A stretch of 42,630 nucleotides of DNA. It comes from Gammaproteobacteria bacterium. GTDB taxonomy: Bacteria; Pseudomonadota; Gammaproteobacteria; Steroidobacterales; Steroidobacteraceae. Shown one piece after another: positions 1 through 8,896 of this stretch. The stretch is taken from positions 1-42,630 of the forward strand of contig JAGVUU010000297.1 in the NCBI GenBank assembly GCA_019136105.1. Reading direction: 5' to 3'. Every line of letters begins with the position of its first letter. Positions within the stretch are counted from its first letter, which is position 1. Position numbers and translations under genes: made by a program. The notes under the pieces were generated by a model, which had not been told where the DNA came from, searched no databases, and was given only the letters and a program-made list of their open reading frames with translations.

Positions 1-521
1 GTGAGATCGACCGGGGGCTCGCCGTTCTCGGCCGGCGGTGGACTCTCGGCCAGCGCGACGGCTGCCCCGCCGTCAGCCGCGGCGGCCGCGGCTGCAGCCC
101 GGGCGGCACGCTCGTCGAACAGCGCGGAGCGGTCCTGCCGGCGATCCGGCAGGAGGCGCAGCTGATACAGCACTCGTGACACATCGACCGGGCGCACGGT
201 CTTGGGCAGCACGCCCACCGCGCCGAGCGCACGGGCCTGGCTGACGTACAGCTCGCCTTCCTGTGACGTGTACATCATCAGCGGAATGGTGGCGGTCTGG
301 GGATCGGCCTTGATGGTCTGCACGGCCTGGAAACCGTCCATGCCGGGCATGAGGTGATCCATGAAGATCACGTCGGGCCGCTGCTGGTGCAGGTACTCGA
401 GCGCCTGTTCGGCGGATTCGGCCGTGTCCACCGCCATGCCGTGCTGCTCGAGCATGCGGCTCAGGATCACCCGCGCCGATCGCGAATCGTCCACGATCAG
501 GGCACGCTTCCCCGTCGTCAT
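1..521 (-). CDS. Response regulator with CheY-like receiver domain. The N-terminus is in the window and the C-terminus runs off the left edge.
   Basis: Own translation of the minus strand from the ATG at 521-519: MTTGKRALIVDDSRSARVILSRMLEQHGMAVDTAESAEQALEYLHQQRPDVIFMDHLMPGMDGFQAVQTIKADPQTATIPLMMYTSQEGELYVSQARALGAVGVLPKT. This carries the DD...D...T...K receiver signature. It is open to position 1, so it is absent from the ORF track. Confidence 0.8.
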   Translation of the reverse strand, partial: MTTGKRALIVDDSRSARVILSRMLEQHGMAVDTAESAEQALEYLHQQRPDVIFMDHLMPGMDGFQAVQTIKADPQTATIPLMMYTSQEGELYVSQARALGAVGVLPKTVRPVDVSRVLYQLRLLPDRRQDRSALFDERAARAAAAAAAADGGAAVALAESPPPAENGEPPVDL

Positions 522-679
522 TCCCTGTAACCCCCAGGAGAGCGGCATCGAGCCGCCACGAGTACGGGCTTTCTACCCTGATCCGGCCTGCAAGCCAATC
601 CCGGCAAACGCTTCTAGCCCCCCCGGGGTCCCGGCGTATGCTCTGCCATAAGTACTAAAAGAGAGAACGGAGGCATCAA

Positions 680-2728
680 ATGCCCTACACCACCGCGGAT
701 ATCCGCAACATCGCCCTCGTGGGCCAGGCCGGCGCGGGCAAGACGCTGCTGGCCGAAGCCTTGCTCGCGCAATCCGGCGCCATCCGGTCCAAGGGGTCGC
801 TCGCCCGTGGCACGACGGTGTGCGACTTCGATCCACAGGAAAAGGACCTGCTGCACTCCCTCGACGCCGCCATCTGCGGGTTCGAGACGCAGGGCAAGCG
901 GGTCAACGTCATCGACACCCCGGGGTATCCCGATTTCCTCGGCCGCAGCCTGGTCGCCCTCGAGGCGGTCGAGACGGCGGTGATCGTGGTGAGCGCGGTG
1001 AACGGCATCGAGCCGATGACCCAGCGCATGATGGATTTCGCGAAGGCGCGCGGCCTGTGCCGGCTGATCGTCATCAACAAGATCGACAGCAAGGAAGCGC
1101 GCACCGAGCAGGTGCTCGCCGACATCCGCGAGCAGTTCGGCAAGGCCTGCCTGCCGCTCAACCTGCCGGCCGGGGGCGGCACGTCCGTGGTCGACTGCTT
1201 CTTCCAGCCGCACGGCAAGCCCGCCGACTTCTCGTCGGTCGAAGCCGCCCACACGGAGATCATCGACCAGGTGGTCGAGGTCGACGAGGACCTGATGGCG
1301 GTGTACCTCGAGCAGGGTGAGGAGCTCTCGCCCGAGCAGCTGCACGACCCGTTCGAGAAGGCGCTGCGCGAGGATCACCTCGTGCCGATCTGCTTCTGCT
1401 CTGCCGAGACGGGCGCCGGCATCAACGAGCTGCTCGACGTGCTCGCGAAGCTCGCGCCGAACCCGACCGAGGGTAACCCGCCGCCGTTCCTGAAGGGCGA
1501 AGGCGCCGACGCCGCGCGCGTCGAAGTGTCGCCCGACCCGTCGCAGCACGTCATCGCGCACGTGTTCAAGGTCACGATCGACCCGTTCGTCGGCAAGCTC
1601 GGCGTCTTCCGCGTCCACCAGGGCACGGTGAAGGCAGGCGCCCAGCTGCTGGTAGGTGACGGCCGCAAGCCCGTGAAGCTCGCCCACCTGTACCGGCTGC
1701 AGGGCAAGGAGAACATCGAGGTCCCGCAGGCGATCCCCGGCGACATCTGCGCGGTGGCGAAGATCGACGAGCTGCACTTCGACGCCGTGCTGCACGATTC
1801 GCACGACGAAGACCACTACCACCTGAAGTCGGTCGCGTTCCCGCCGCCGATGCTGGGCCTGGCGATCCGCGCCGAGAAGCGCGGCGACGAGCAGAAGCTC
1901 TCCGAGGGCCTGCACCGCCTCACGGCCGAGGATCCGTGCGTGCGCGTGGTGCACCACACCGCGCAGAACGAGACGGTCCTGTACGGCCTCGGTGACCTGC
2001 ACCTGCGCGTCATGCTGCAGCGTCTCACCGAGCGCTACGGCGTGGCCGTGAAGACCAGCCCGCCGAGCATCCCCTACCGCGAAACGATCACGCGCCCGGC
2101 CGAGGGCCACCACCGCCACAAGAAGCAGACCGGCGGTGCCGGCCAGTTCGGCGAGGTGTACCTGCGCATCGAGCCGCGCGAGCGTGGCGCGGGCTTCGAG
2201 TTCGTGGACGACGTGGTGGGCGGCGCGATCCCGAACCAGTTCATCCCCGCGGTCGAGAAGGGCGTGCGGGCGGTGCTGTCGGGCGGCGCCATCGCCGGCT
2301 TCGAGCTGCAGGACGTGCGCGTCAGCGTGTACGACGGCAAGCACCACCCGGTGGATTCGAAGGAGGTGGCGTTCGTCGCGGCGGGCAAGAAGGCGTTCAT
2401 CGCCGCGATCAAGGAAGCCTGGCCGATCGTCCTCGAGCCGATCGTGCGCGTGGCGATCAGCACGCCTTCCGCCTCGATCGGCGACGTGACGAGCGACCTC
2501 GCGACGCGCCGTGCGCGCATCAGCGGCCAGGACACGCTGCCGGGCGGACGCGCCGAGATCCAGGCGCTGGTGCCGCTGGCGGAGCTGCAGGACTACCTGT
2601 CGCGCCTCAAGGCCCTCACGGGCGGCGAAGGCACGTACACGATGGACCTGAGCCACTACGATCCAGTGCCGCCGCGCAAGCAGCAGGAGCTGGTAGCCGC
2701 GTTCAAGCCGCAGGAAGAAGCGGATTGA
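680..2728 (+). CDS. Elongation factor G family translational GTPase (EF-G paralogue)
   Basis: 682-aa ORF. G1 motif VGQAGAGKTLL, DTPGYPDF and INKID GTPase motifs, and EF-G domain II-V-like length. ACGGAGG Shine-Dalgarno sequence lies upstream of the ATG at 680. Confidence 0.9.
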   Translation: MPYTTADIRNIALVGQAGAGKTLLAEALLAQSGAIRSKGSLARGTTVCDFDPQEKDLLHSLDAAICGFETQGKRVNVIDTPGYPDFLGRSLVALEAVETAVIVVSAVNGIEPMTQRMMDFAKARGLCRLIVINKIDSKEARTEQVLADIREQFGKACLPLNLPAGGGTSVVDCFFQPHGKPADFSSVEAAHTEIIDQVVEVDEDLMAVYLEQGEELSPEQLHDPFEKALREDHLVPICFCSAETGAGINELLDVLAKLAPNPTEGNPPPFLKGEGADAARVEVSPDPSQHVIAHVFKVTIDPFVGKLGVFRVHQGTVKAGAQLLVGDGRKPVKLAHLYRLQGKENIEVPQAIPGDICAVAKIDELHFDAVLHDSHDEDHYHLKSVAFPPPMLGLAIRAEKRGDEQKLSEGLHRLTAEDPCVRVVHHTAQNETVLYGLGDLHLRVMLQRLTERYGVAVKTSPPSIPYRETITRPAEGHHRHKKQTGGAGQFGEVYLRIEPRERGAGFEFVDDVVGGAIPNQFIPAVEKGVRAVLSGGAIAGFELQDVRVSVYDGKHHPVDSKEVAFVAAGKKAFIAAIKEAWPIVLEPIVRVAISTPSASIGDVTSDLATRRARISGQDTLPGGRAEIQALVPLAELQDYLSRLKALTGGEGTYTMDLSHYDPVPPRKQQELVAAFKPQEEAD

Positions 2729-2738
2729 GCGCAGCGGG

Positions 2739-3590
2739 GTGACGGCGCTGTACGCGTTCGTCCACATCGAGAAGACCGCGGGCAGGACGGTGCGAGCCGT
2801 CCTGCTGCGGTCGTTCGGCGCGGGCCACTGCGAGATCCGCACGCCCTACGCGAAACGCCTGCCCGAGGTGGATGACCGCCGCGTCGCGGTCACGGGCGAC
2901 GACCTGCGCAAGGTGCGGCGCTTCTACCGCAACCTGCGCGGCATCGCCGGGCACAACGTCAAGGCGTACTCCGACCTGCATGTCGCCTGTCCGGACCTGC
3001 GCTACTTCACGTTCCTGCGCGACCCGGTGAAGCGCTACCTGTCGCACTTCAAGAACCGCTCGCGGGCCTATGCCCGTGCCGACTTCGACCGCTGGGCCGA
3101 CGCCACCTGGACCCACGACTGGCAGACCAAGATGATCGCCGGCGAAGCGAGCGCGCAGAAAGCGATCGACCTGATCGCGACGCGCATCGGCTTCGTCGGC
3201 TTCACCGAGACGTTCGACGAGTCGCTGCTGATGCTCGGGCAGTGGCTCGGCGAGCCGGGGTTCCGGCCCGAGTACCGGCCCGTGAACCAGCTGGCCGGCA
3301 AGCAGCGCGCGCGTGACGTCGCCCGCGAGCAGGCCGACATGAGCTACCTCGACTCGCCAGAGGTGAAGGCACGGCTGCGCGGAGTCAACGCGCTCGACCA
3401 GCAGGTGTACGACTTTTGCCTGCGCGAGTGCCATGCGCGGCAACTCGCGGCCTACCGGGGCGACCTCGCGGCCGACGTTGCGGCGATGCGCGAGCGCAAC
3501 CGGCACCTCGCCGAGTGGACCGAGCCGCTCTCCAGCCGGCTGTTGCGCAACTGGGTGTACAAGTCGGCGCTGGTGCTGCGCCTCGCCTGA
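2739..3590 (+). CDS. Sulfotransferase family protein (family-2-like)
   Basis: GTG start. FVHIEKTAGRTV resembles the 5'-PSB loop (hIPKTgGT). FLRDPVKRYLSHF resembles the 3'-PB motif (RDPveRxxS). Confidence 0.7.
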   Translation: MTALYAFVHIEKTAGRTVRAVLLRSFGAGHCEIRTPYAKRLPEVDDRRVAVTGDDLRKVRRFYRNLRGIAGHNVKAYSDLHVACPDLRYFTFLRDPVKRYLSHFKNRSRAYARADFDRWADATWTHDWQTKMIAGEASAQKAIDLIATRIGFVGFTETFDESLLMLGQWLGEPGFRPEYRPVNQLAGKQRARDVAREQADMSYLDSPEVKARLRGVNALDQQVYDFCLRECHARQLAAYRGDLAADVAAMRERNRHLAEWTEPLSSRLLRNWVYKSALVLRLA

Positions 3591-3596
3591 GCGGCG

Positions 3597-4268
3597 TCAG
3601 TCGTCGCGGGCCCCGTCCGGCGCGCGTTCCTCCAGGCCGAGTGCCTGCCTCAGCTTGCGCCACGCGGGACGCCACGGCTGGTCTGGCTTCGTGGGATTGG
3701 CGTGCGGCCACGGCTGGCTGGGTACCGGCGCGCCGAGGAAGGCACACAAGCGATCCCATCCGCCTTCGCGCGTCGGGTCGAACTCGAAGTACTGCTGCGG
3801 CCGGGTTGCGAAGAACTCGCGCACCGCGGCGTTGTGCGCGCGATAGGCATCCAGCCACGCCTGCCGGCTCTCCGGGCTGCTCGCCGGATTGGCGTGCGGC
3901 CCGAACATCCACACGCGCATCGGCCGGATGCGCCGGTGGCGGTAGAACTTCACGCAGCTCTCGATCCAGCGGTCCTCGTCGCGCACCGTGAGGATGTACT
4001 TCGCCTCCGGGAACATGCCGTACAGGTGGCGCCAGATGCGGAAGTACGGATTGTCGGAGAAGGCGTCGAACATCTCGAACGTCGGCAATCGGTAGTCGCC
4101 CGCGTCGATCTGCTTGATGAGGGTCTCGCCGTCGTCGGCGCCGGGGTAGCTGCCGGGCGTGTCGCCGTTGACCGTGTGGTAACCGAGCGCGCGCAACGCG
4201 TCGTAGAGCGTCGTGGTGCCCGTCTTGTAGAAGCCGATGCAGAAGATCTTGCCGTCGTGCTGCGCCAT
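3597..4268 (-). CDS. Sulfotransferase family protein (P-loop-like KTGTT type)
   Basis: 223-aa ORF. IGFYKTGTTTLYDAL matches the PAPS 5'-phosphate loop. LTVRDEDRWIESC matches the second sulfotransferase motif. Convergent with the preceding gene. Confidence 0.7.
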   Translation of the reverse strand: MAQHDGKIFCIGFYKTGTTTLYDALRALGYHTVNGDTPGSYPGADDGETLIKQIDAGDYRLPTFEMFDAFSDNPYFRIWRHLYGMFPEAKYILTVRDEDRWIESCVKFYRHRRIRPMRVWMFGPHANPASSPESRQAWLDAYRAHNAAVREFFATRPQQYFEFDPTREGGWDRLCAFLGAPVPSQPWPHANPTKPDQPWRPAWRKLRQALGLEERAPDGARDD

Positions 4269-4283
4269 GCGCCCTCTCCAGAC

Positions 4284-5171
4284 TCAACCGCCCCGGCCGG
4301 CCAGCCCCTGCACCTCGTCGGCGAGCGCCAACAACTGCCGGCGCGCCGCGGCGCGCTGCTGCGGCGTGAGCGAGGCGTCGATTGTAGCCATGAGCCGGGC
4401 GAGCGACTCGCGCCTTTGCTCGACGGCCGCACGGTATTGCGGCGTCCAGAGGTCGTCCGGCCGGGCGATCAGCACGAACATGCGCTGCCCGAACCCGGGA
4501 TCCGCGCGCCTCCCAGCGAGGGTCTCGGCCAGCTCTGCGCGCCACAGGCGCCGGTTCTCCCGCCATTCCGGCATGAACGACGGCGACTCGGCGACGTGTG
4601 CACGCACGCTCGCCCGCTGTGCCGCGTCGAGCGGGCCGGTGACGCGCTCGATGGCGCGCAGCATCGATTTCTCCCGGCGGGCCGCGCGTTCCGCAGGCGT
4701 GCGGCGGGCGAACTCGCGCCAGGTCTTCTCATCGGCCGCTGCGAGATTGGCGAGCAGCTCGGCGACCTGGGCGTCCGAGAAGGTGGCGGCGAGCGCCGTG
4801 TAGCCGGGCGCCGCCTGCTCGAAGATCTTGCGGAAGTACTGCTCGGTGCGCCGGCTCGCCTCGAGCCAGTCGCTGCTTCCGGTTCCGCCCTCGACCGCCG
4901 CCGCGACATCGCGCAGGAACTCCGCATAGCGCGCCAGTTCCGAACGCCTGTGCCATTCGAGGTTACCGGCCAGCGTGCGCTTCAGCTGCGCCGACTGGGC
5001 ATCGTCGAGCGACACGAGGCCCTGCAGGTAGAACCCGACCACAGTGTCGAGGCGGGGATAGACCAGGCCGAGCGCGCAGCCGCCGAGCCCCAGCGCGACC
5101 AGGCAGGCCAGGGCGCAGCGCGCGAGCAGGCGCGGGCGCGTGTGTAGCGATCGGCGGGCAGCGAGGAGCAT
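4284..5171 (-). CDS. DUF6279-like lipoprotein
   Basis: The internal ATG at 5171 gives MLLAARRSLHTRPRLLARCALACLVALGLGGC, a signal peptide plus lipobox. LEWHRRSELARYAEFL is the motif I associate with DUF6279. The upstream part of the 355-aa track ORF is Arg/Pro-rich and not credible. Confidence 0.55.
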   Translation of the reverse strand: MLLAARRSLHTRPRLLARCALACLVALGLGGCALGLVYPRLDTVVGFYLQGLVSLDDAQSAQLKRTLAGNLEWHRRSELARYAEFLRDVAAAVEGGTGSSDWLEASRRTEQYFRKIFEQAAPGYTALAATFSDAQVAELLANLAAADEKTWREFARRTPAERAARREKSMLRAIERVTGPLDAAQRASVRAHVAESPSFMPEWRENRRLWRAELAETLAGRRADPGFGQRMFVLIARPDDLWTPQYRAAVEQRRESLARLMATIDASLTPQQRAAARRQLLALADEVQGLAGRGG

Positions 5172-5185
5172 CGGGGCCAAGGACT

Positions 5186-5872
5186 TCAGCGCGTGGTGTC
5201 GGCCAACTCGATCTGTTCGATCAGTTCGGCGCCCTGGTTGCGCGCGTCGTTCACGCGCCGGCTCACGGGGCGCGCCTGCAGGTCGGGACGGCCGCACGGT
5301 TCGAACAGGCGCGCGAGGCGGTCCGTGGCCTCGTTCTTCGGATCGAGCCACTCAGCGTACGCGTCGGGCGGCACGATCACCGGCATTCGGTCATGCACGT
5401 GCGCGACCGTTGCTGCAGGCGCGGTGGTGACGATGCAGCACGACTCGAGCGGCTCGCCGCTGGCGGGATCACGCCAGCGCTCCCACAGCCCAGCCATGCC
5501 GAACGGCTGACCATCCCCGAAGCCGATGAAGTACGGCTGCTTGACCGCACCCGAGCGCTGCCACTCGTAGTAACCGTCGGCCAGGATCAGGCAGCGCCGC
5601 CGCCGGAACGCGTTACGGAACGACGGCTTCTCGCCGAGCGTCTCGGACCGCGCGTTGATCATGCGCGCGCCGATCGACCTCTCCTTGGCCCACGACGGCA
5701 CCAGGCCCCAATAGAGCATCGCCACCTCGCGCGGCCCGCCGGCCTCGCGGACGGTGACGATGAACTGCGTGGGCGCGATGTTCCAGCGCGGCTCGATCTC
5801 CGGCGCAGCGGCAACACCGAAGAGCCGGATCACGGCTTCGTGGGGCGAGTAGAAGGCGAAGCGGCCGCACAT
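5186..5872 (-). CDS. yedK: SOS response-associated peptidase (SRAP), abasic-site processing protein
   Basis: MCGRF N-terminus with the Cys2 nucleophile. WNIAPT, NARSET, ADGYYEW and HDRMPVI motifs. Confidence 0.9.
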   Translation of the reverse strand: MCGRFAFYSPHEAVIRLFGVAAAPEIEPRWNIAPTQFIVTVREAGGPREVAMLYWGLVPSWAKERSIGARMINARSETLGEKPSFRNAFRRRRCLILADGYYEWQRSGAVKQPYFIGFGDGQPFGMAGLWERWRDPASGEPLESCCIVTTAPAATVAHVHDRMPVIVPPDAYAEWLDPKNEATDRLARLFEPCGRPDLQARPVSRRVNDARNQGAELIEQIELADTTR

Positions 5873-5905
5873 GGGGAAGTGAATGGTGAATGGTGAATAG
5901 GGGAG
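5873..5905 (-). repeat. Heptad-repeat element, copy A. Read on the minus strand: CTCCCC-TATTCAC-CATTCAC-CATTCAC-TTCCCC, directly abutting the yedK ATG.
   Basis: Read directly from the sequence. Same architecture as the copy at 25526-25557. Confidence 0.8.
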
Positions 5906-5931
5906 AGCCAGCGGTGTCGCGGCCTTGGCAT

Positions 5932-6333
5932 TCAGCTGCGGAAGCCCTCGAAGTGTTGCTTGCCCGAGTCACCGATCTCGTCCCAAGGGGCTTTCGAGCC
6001 CACCCAGACGTGGTGGATGACTCTTAGCGACTCGGCGCCCTCGGTGAGGCAGCCCGCCGGCGCGAACATCGTGCTTGCGTCGTTCTCGCCAGGCACGGGC
6101 GAACCGCAGGTGCTGCAGAACCACTTGTGCCAGTCCGTGCCCGGCTTGTTCCAGGTGACGATGCAGTCCTCGCCACGGACCCACCGGAACTGCTCTTTCG
6201 GAAACACGACCACCGCGATCCCGCTGCTGCCCGTGGACCGGCGGCAGATCGAGCAGTGGCAGACGAAGATGCCTGGGAGATCCGCGTCGATCTCGTACTG
6301 GACGGCGCCGCAGTTGCATTCGCCCTTGACCAT
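5932..6333 (-). CDS. GFA family protein (glutathione-dependent formaldehyde-activating enzyme-like, Cys-rich Zn site)
   Basis: MVKGECNCGAVQYEI...CHCSICRRSTG...WFCSTCGSP Cys pattern. The start at 6333 was chosen because GGGGAGGG lies 4-5 nt upstream. The track ORF begins at 6354. Confidence 0.8.
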   Translation of the reverse strand: MVKGECNCGAVQYEIDADLPGIFVCHCSICRRSTGSSGIAVVVFPKEQFRWVRGEDCIVTWNKPGTDWHKWFCSTCGSPVPGENDASTMFAPAGCLTEGAESLRVIHHVWVGSKAPWDEIGDSGKQHFEGFRS

Positions 6334-6361
6334 CCGCCCTCCCCGACGCCCCACCGCGCCT

Positions 6362-6408
6362 CATTCCATTCACTATTCACTATTCACTATTCACGATCCC
6401 CTATTCCC
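6362..6408 (+). repeat. Heptad-repeat element, copy B: CATTC-CATTCAC-(TATTCAC)x3-GATCCCCTATTCCC
   Basis: Read directly. It lies between the permease stop (6401-6403) and the GFA gene start. Confidence 0.8.
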
Positions 6409-7210
6409 TCGTCCCCGTCCCCTTCTCCATCAGCCACACGCACAGGCCGAACAACGCCGCGGCGGCCACCGTCATCAGCGCAAACGAGACGCCGAGGTTC
6501 ACGTCGGACAGGCCGAGGAAGCCGTAACGGAACGCGTTGACCATGTAGAGGATCGGGTTCGCCTTCGACACGTGCTGCGCCCATTCGGGCAGCATGGTGA
6601 TCGAGTAGAACACGCCGCCCAGGTAGGTCATGGGCGTGAGGATGAACGTGGGCACGAAGCTGATCTGGTCGAAGTTCTTCGCAAACACCGCGTTCACGAA
6701 GCCGAGCAGCGAGAAGATCACCGAGGTGAGCAGCACCGCTGCGAGCACGGCGACGATGTGCTCCACGTGCAGGTGCGTGAAGAACAGCGCGATCAGCGTG
6801 ACGAGCAACCCGACGAGCAGCCCGCGCACCACGCCGCCGGCGATGTAGCCGAGCACGATCAGCCAGTTGGGCAGCGGCGCGACCAGCAGTTCCTCGAGGT
6901 GGCGGCCGAACTTGGCGCCGAAGAACGACGACACCACGTTGCCGTAGCTGTTGGTGATCACCGACATCATGATCAGGCCGGGCGCGATGTACTGCATGTA
7001 GCTCACGCCGCCCATGTCGCCGATGCGCCGCCCGATCAGGCTGCCGAAGATGATGAAGTACAGCGTGGCGGTGATGGCCGGCGGCACCAGGGTCTGGCCC
7101 CAGATGCGCGTGATGCGGCTGAACTCGCGGATGACGATGGTGCGGAAGCCCACCCAGCGGCGCTCGCCGCGTGGCACGGATGCCGCGGTCACGTGCGCGC
7201 CGGCGTTCAT
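6401..7210 (-). CDS. yadH: ABC-2 type transporter permease (YadH-like)
   Basis: 269-aa polytopic membrane protein with a REFSRITRIWGQTL N-terminal region typical of ABC-2 permeases. The ATGA overlap with the upstream ATPase indicates coupling. Confidence 0.8.
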   Translation of the reverse strand: MNAGAHVTAASVPRGERRWVGFRTIVIREFSRITRIWGQTLVPPAITATLYFIIFGSLIGRRIGDMGGVSYMQYIAPGLIMMSVITNSYGNVVSSFFGAKFGRHLEELLVAPLPNWLIVLGYIAGGVVRGLLVGLLVTLIALFFTHLHVEHIVAVLAAVLLTSVIFSLLGFVNAVFAKNFDQISFVPTFILTPMTYLGGVFYSITMLPEWAQHVSKANPILYMVNAFRYGFLGLSDVNLGVSFALMTVAAAALFGLCVWLMEKGTGTRE

Positions 7211-8157
7211 GCCGACACCGCCGGCTTCGCCTGGCCGGTCGCCGCATCACGCCCTTCGACCAGCCGCAGGAACAGCTCCTCGAGGCGGTTGGCCTTGTTG
7301 CGCATGCTCACCACCTCGATGCCGCGCGCCGACAGCGCCGCGAAGATGTCGTTCAGGTTCTGCGCCTTGGTCACCTCGACCTCGATCGAGCCGTCGTCGG
7401 CGAGCTTGAGCACATAGCCCGGCAGCTGCGGCGCCTCGGCCAGCGGCTGGCGCAGGTTCAGCACGAACACCTCGCTGTGCAGCTTGCGCAGCACGGCCGC
7501 CATGCGGTCGTGCTCGATGATGCGCCCCTCGTCGATGATGGCGATGTGCCGGCAGAGGTTCTCGGCTTCCTCGAGGTAGTGCGTGGTGAGGATGATGGTG
7601 GTGCCCGATTCGTTCAGCTCGCGCAGGAATTCCCACATCGAGCGGCGCACCTCGATGTCGACGCCCGCGGTGGGCTCGTCGAGGATCAGCAGCTTCGGCT
7701 CGTGGATGAGCGCACGCGCGATCATGAGCCGGCGCTTCATGCCGCCCGACAGCGAGCGCGAGATCGCGTCCCGCTTCTCCCACAGCTGCAGCTTGCGGAG
7801 CCACACTTCCATGCGCTCTCTCGCCACGCTGCGCGGGATGCCGTAGAAACCCGCCTGGTTGACGAGGATCGTCGAGACCTTCTCGAACTGGTTGAAGTTG
7901 ATCTCCTGCGGCACCAGGCCGAGGCACGACTTCGCCGTCTCGAGGTCGGTGTCGATGTCGTGGCCGAAGACCTGCACCTGCCCCGCCGACTTGTTCACCA
8001 GCGAGGCGATGATGCCGATCGCCGTGGTCTTGCCCGCACCGTTGGGGCCCAGCAGCGCGAAGAAGTCGCCCTGCTCGACGTCGAGGTCGATGCCCTTCAG
8101 CGCCTGCACGCCGTTGCGGTAAGTCTTCGACAGCTGGCGCAGCGAAAGGGCTTTCAT
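7207..8157 (-). CDS. yadG: ABC transporter ATP-binding protein (YadG-like)
   Basis: Walker A GPNGAGKTT, signature LSGGMKRRL and Walker B LLILDEPTAGVD. Confidence 0.9.
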   Translation of the reverse strand: MKALSLRQLSKTYRNGVQALKGIDLDVEQGDFFALLGPNGAGKTTAIGIIASLVNKSAGQVQVFGHDIDTDLETAKSCLGLVPQEINFNQFEKVSTILVNQAGFYGIPRSVARERMEVWLRKLQLWEKRDAISRSLSGGMKRRLMIARALIHEPKLLILDEPTAGVDIEVRRSMWEFLRELNESGTTIILTTHYLEEAENLCRHIAIIDEGRIIEHDRMAAVLRKLHSEVFVLNLRQPLAEAPQLPGYVLKLADDGSIEVEVTKAQNLNDIFAALSARGIEVVSMRNKANRLEELFLRLVEGRDAATGQAKPAVSA

Positions 8158-8220
8158 GCGGCGTGGGCGGGCGTAGCGGGGAGCGCAGGTTAATGGGCGG
8201 CCGGAGCCGCGGCAAGGAAC

Positions 8221-8886
8221 TCAACGCCGTGGGCGCCGCCTTGGCGGCGGCGGGGCCACGTCGCGGTCCGCGGCATCCAGCAGGCACAGGCCGATGCAGT
8301 GCGCCCACTGCAACGCCGTGGGCGTGCCTCGCCGTGCGGCCATCGCCAGCATCTCCCAGAAGCGCGCGTGCAGCCGCCAGCGTGGACGGATCACCCGGGG
8401 GCTGGCTGCAATCTCGGCGAGCTGGGCGAGCCGGCTCTCGGCCAGCCGGCGCTGCACCTCGTCGGACAGCCCGAGCACGAGCTGCAGCGTCATCGGCTCT
8501 CCGTCGAGCAGCCTTCGCGCGAGGAACATCGCCTGGTGCGCGAACGATTCGTATCGGCCTTGCCACCCGGACGGAGCGGTTGCCGCCCGGCTGTCTTCGA
8601 CGCGGGGGATCGTCGTTCCCGGGCCGGCGGGGGCAAGCACCAGGCCGTACAAGGCAAACGGCACGGCGGCGATCCTCGCGCGCGTGTCGGGGTCGGTCTC
8701 GAACAGGCAGCGGCGGACGGGCTCGGACCACCCGAATCGAGGGTCACCCTCGAGTCCTGCGGCCAGCCCCAGCTCCAGGTATTGGGAATTGAGGTCAGTG
8801 AGATCCTGTCGCAGTGCCGGTGGAAGGAGGCCGCCGCGTACAGGTGCCGGGGCATTCTGCTCCGGGCAGTGCAATGGATCAGTCAT
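8221..8886 (-). CDS. Hypothetical regulator with two FlhD-like segments (tandem FlhD-like protein)
   Basis: The ATG at 8886 has GGAG 8 nt upstream. DLNSQYLELGLAA...ARIAAVPFALYGL and FAHQAMFLARRLLDGEPMTLQLVLGLSDEVQRRLAESRLAQLAEIAASPRVIRPRW both resemble E. coli FlhD from memory (INLSYLLLAQRLIVQD...[36 protein letters not shown]). The family assignment is tentative. Confidence 0.45.
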   Translation of the reverse strand: MTDPLHCPEQNAPAPVRGGLLPPALRQDLTDLNSQYLELGLAAGLEGDPRFGWSEPVRRCLFETDPDTRARIAAVPFALYGLVLAPAGPGTTIPRVEDSRAATAPSGWQGRYESFAHQAMFLARRLLDGEPMTLQLVLGLSDEVQRRLAESRLAQLAEIAASPRVIRPRWRLHARFWEMLAMAARRGTPTALQWAHCIGLCLLDAADRDVAPPPPRRRPRR

Positions 8887-8896
8887 GGCTCTGGCT

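Noticed and set aside
614-2842. 742-aa minus-strand ORF covering the whole EF-G gene.
   Set aside because: It is antisense to a gene with unambiguous GTPase motifs. Its translation is Arg/Ala/Leu/His-rich low-information sequence, typical of stop-free shadow frames in GC-rich DNA. The same reasoning applies to 5960-7417(+), 7171-8193(+), 7247-8731(-), 13321-14673(-), 14436-16241(-), 16404-19100(-), 17417-19123(+), 19320-20483(-), 20781-21860(-), 22184-23395(-), 23014-24234(-), 24231-25523(-), 26546-27760(-), 27382-28863(-), 28517-29746(-), 31230-34229(+), 35621-38461(-), 39149-40015(+), 40645-41664(-) and 41264-42613(-).
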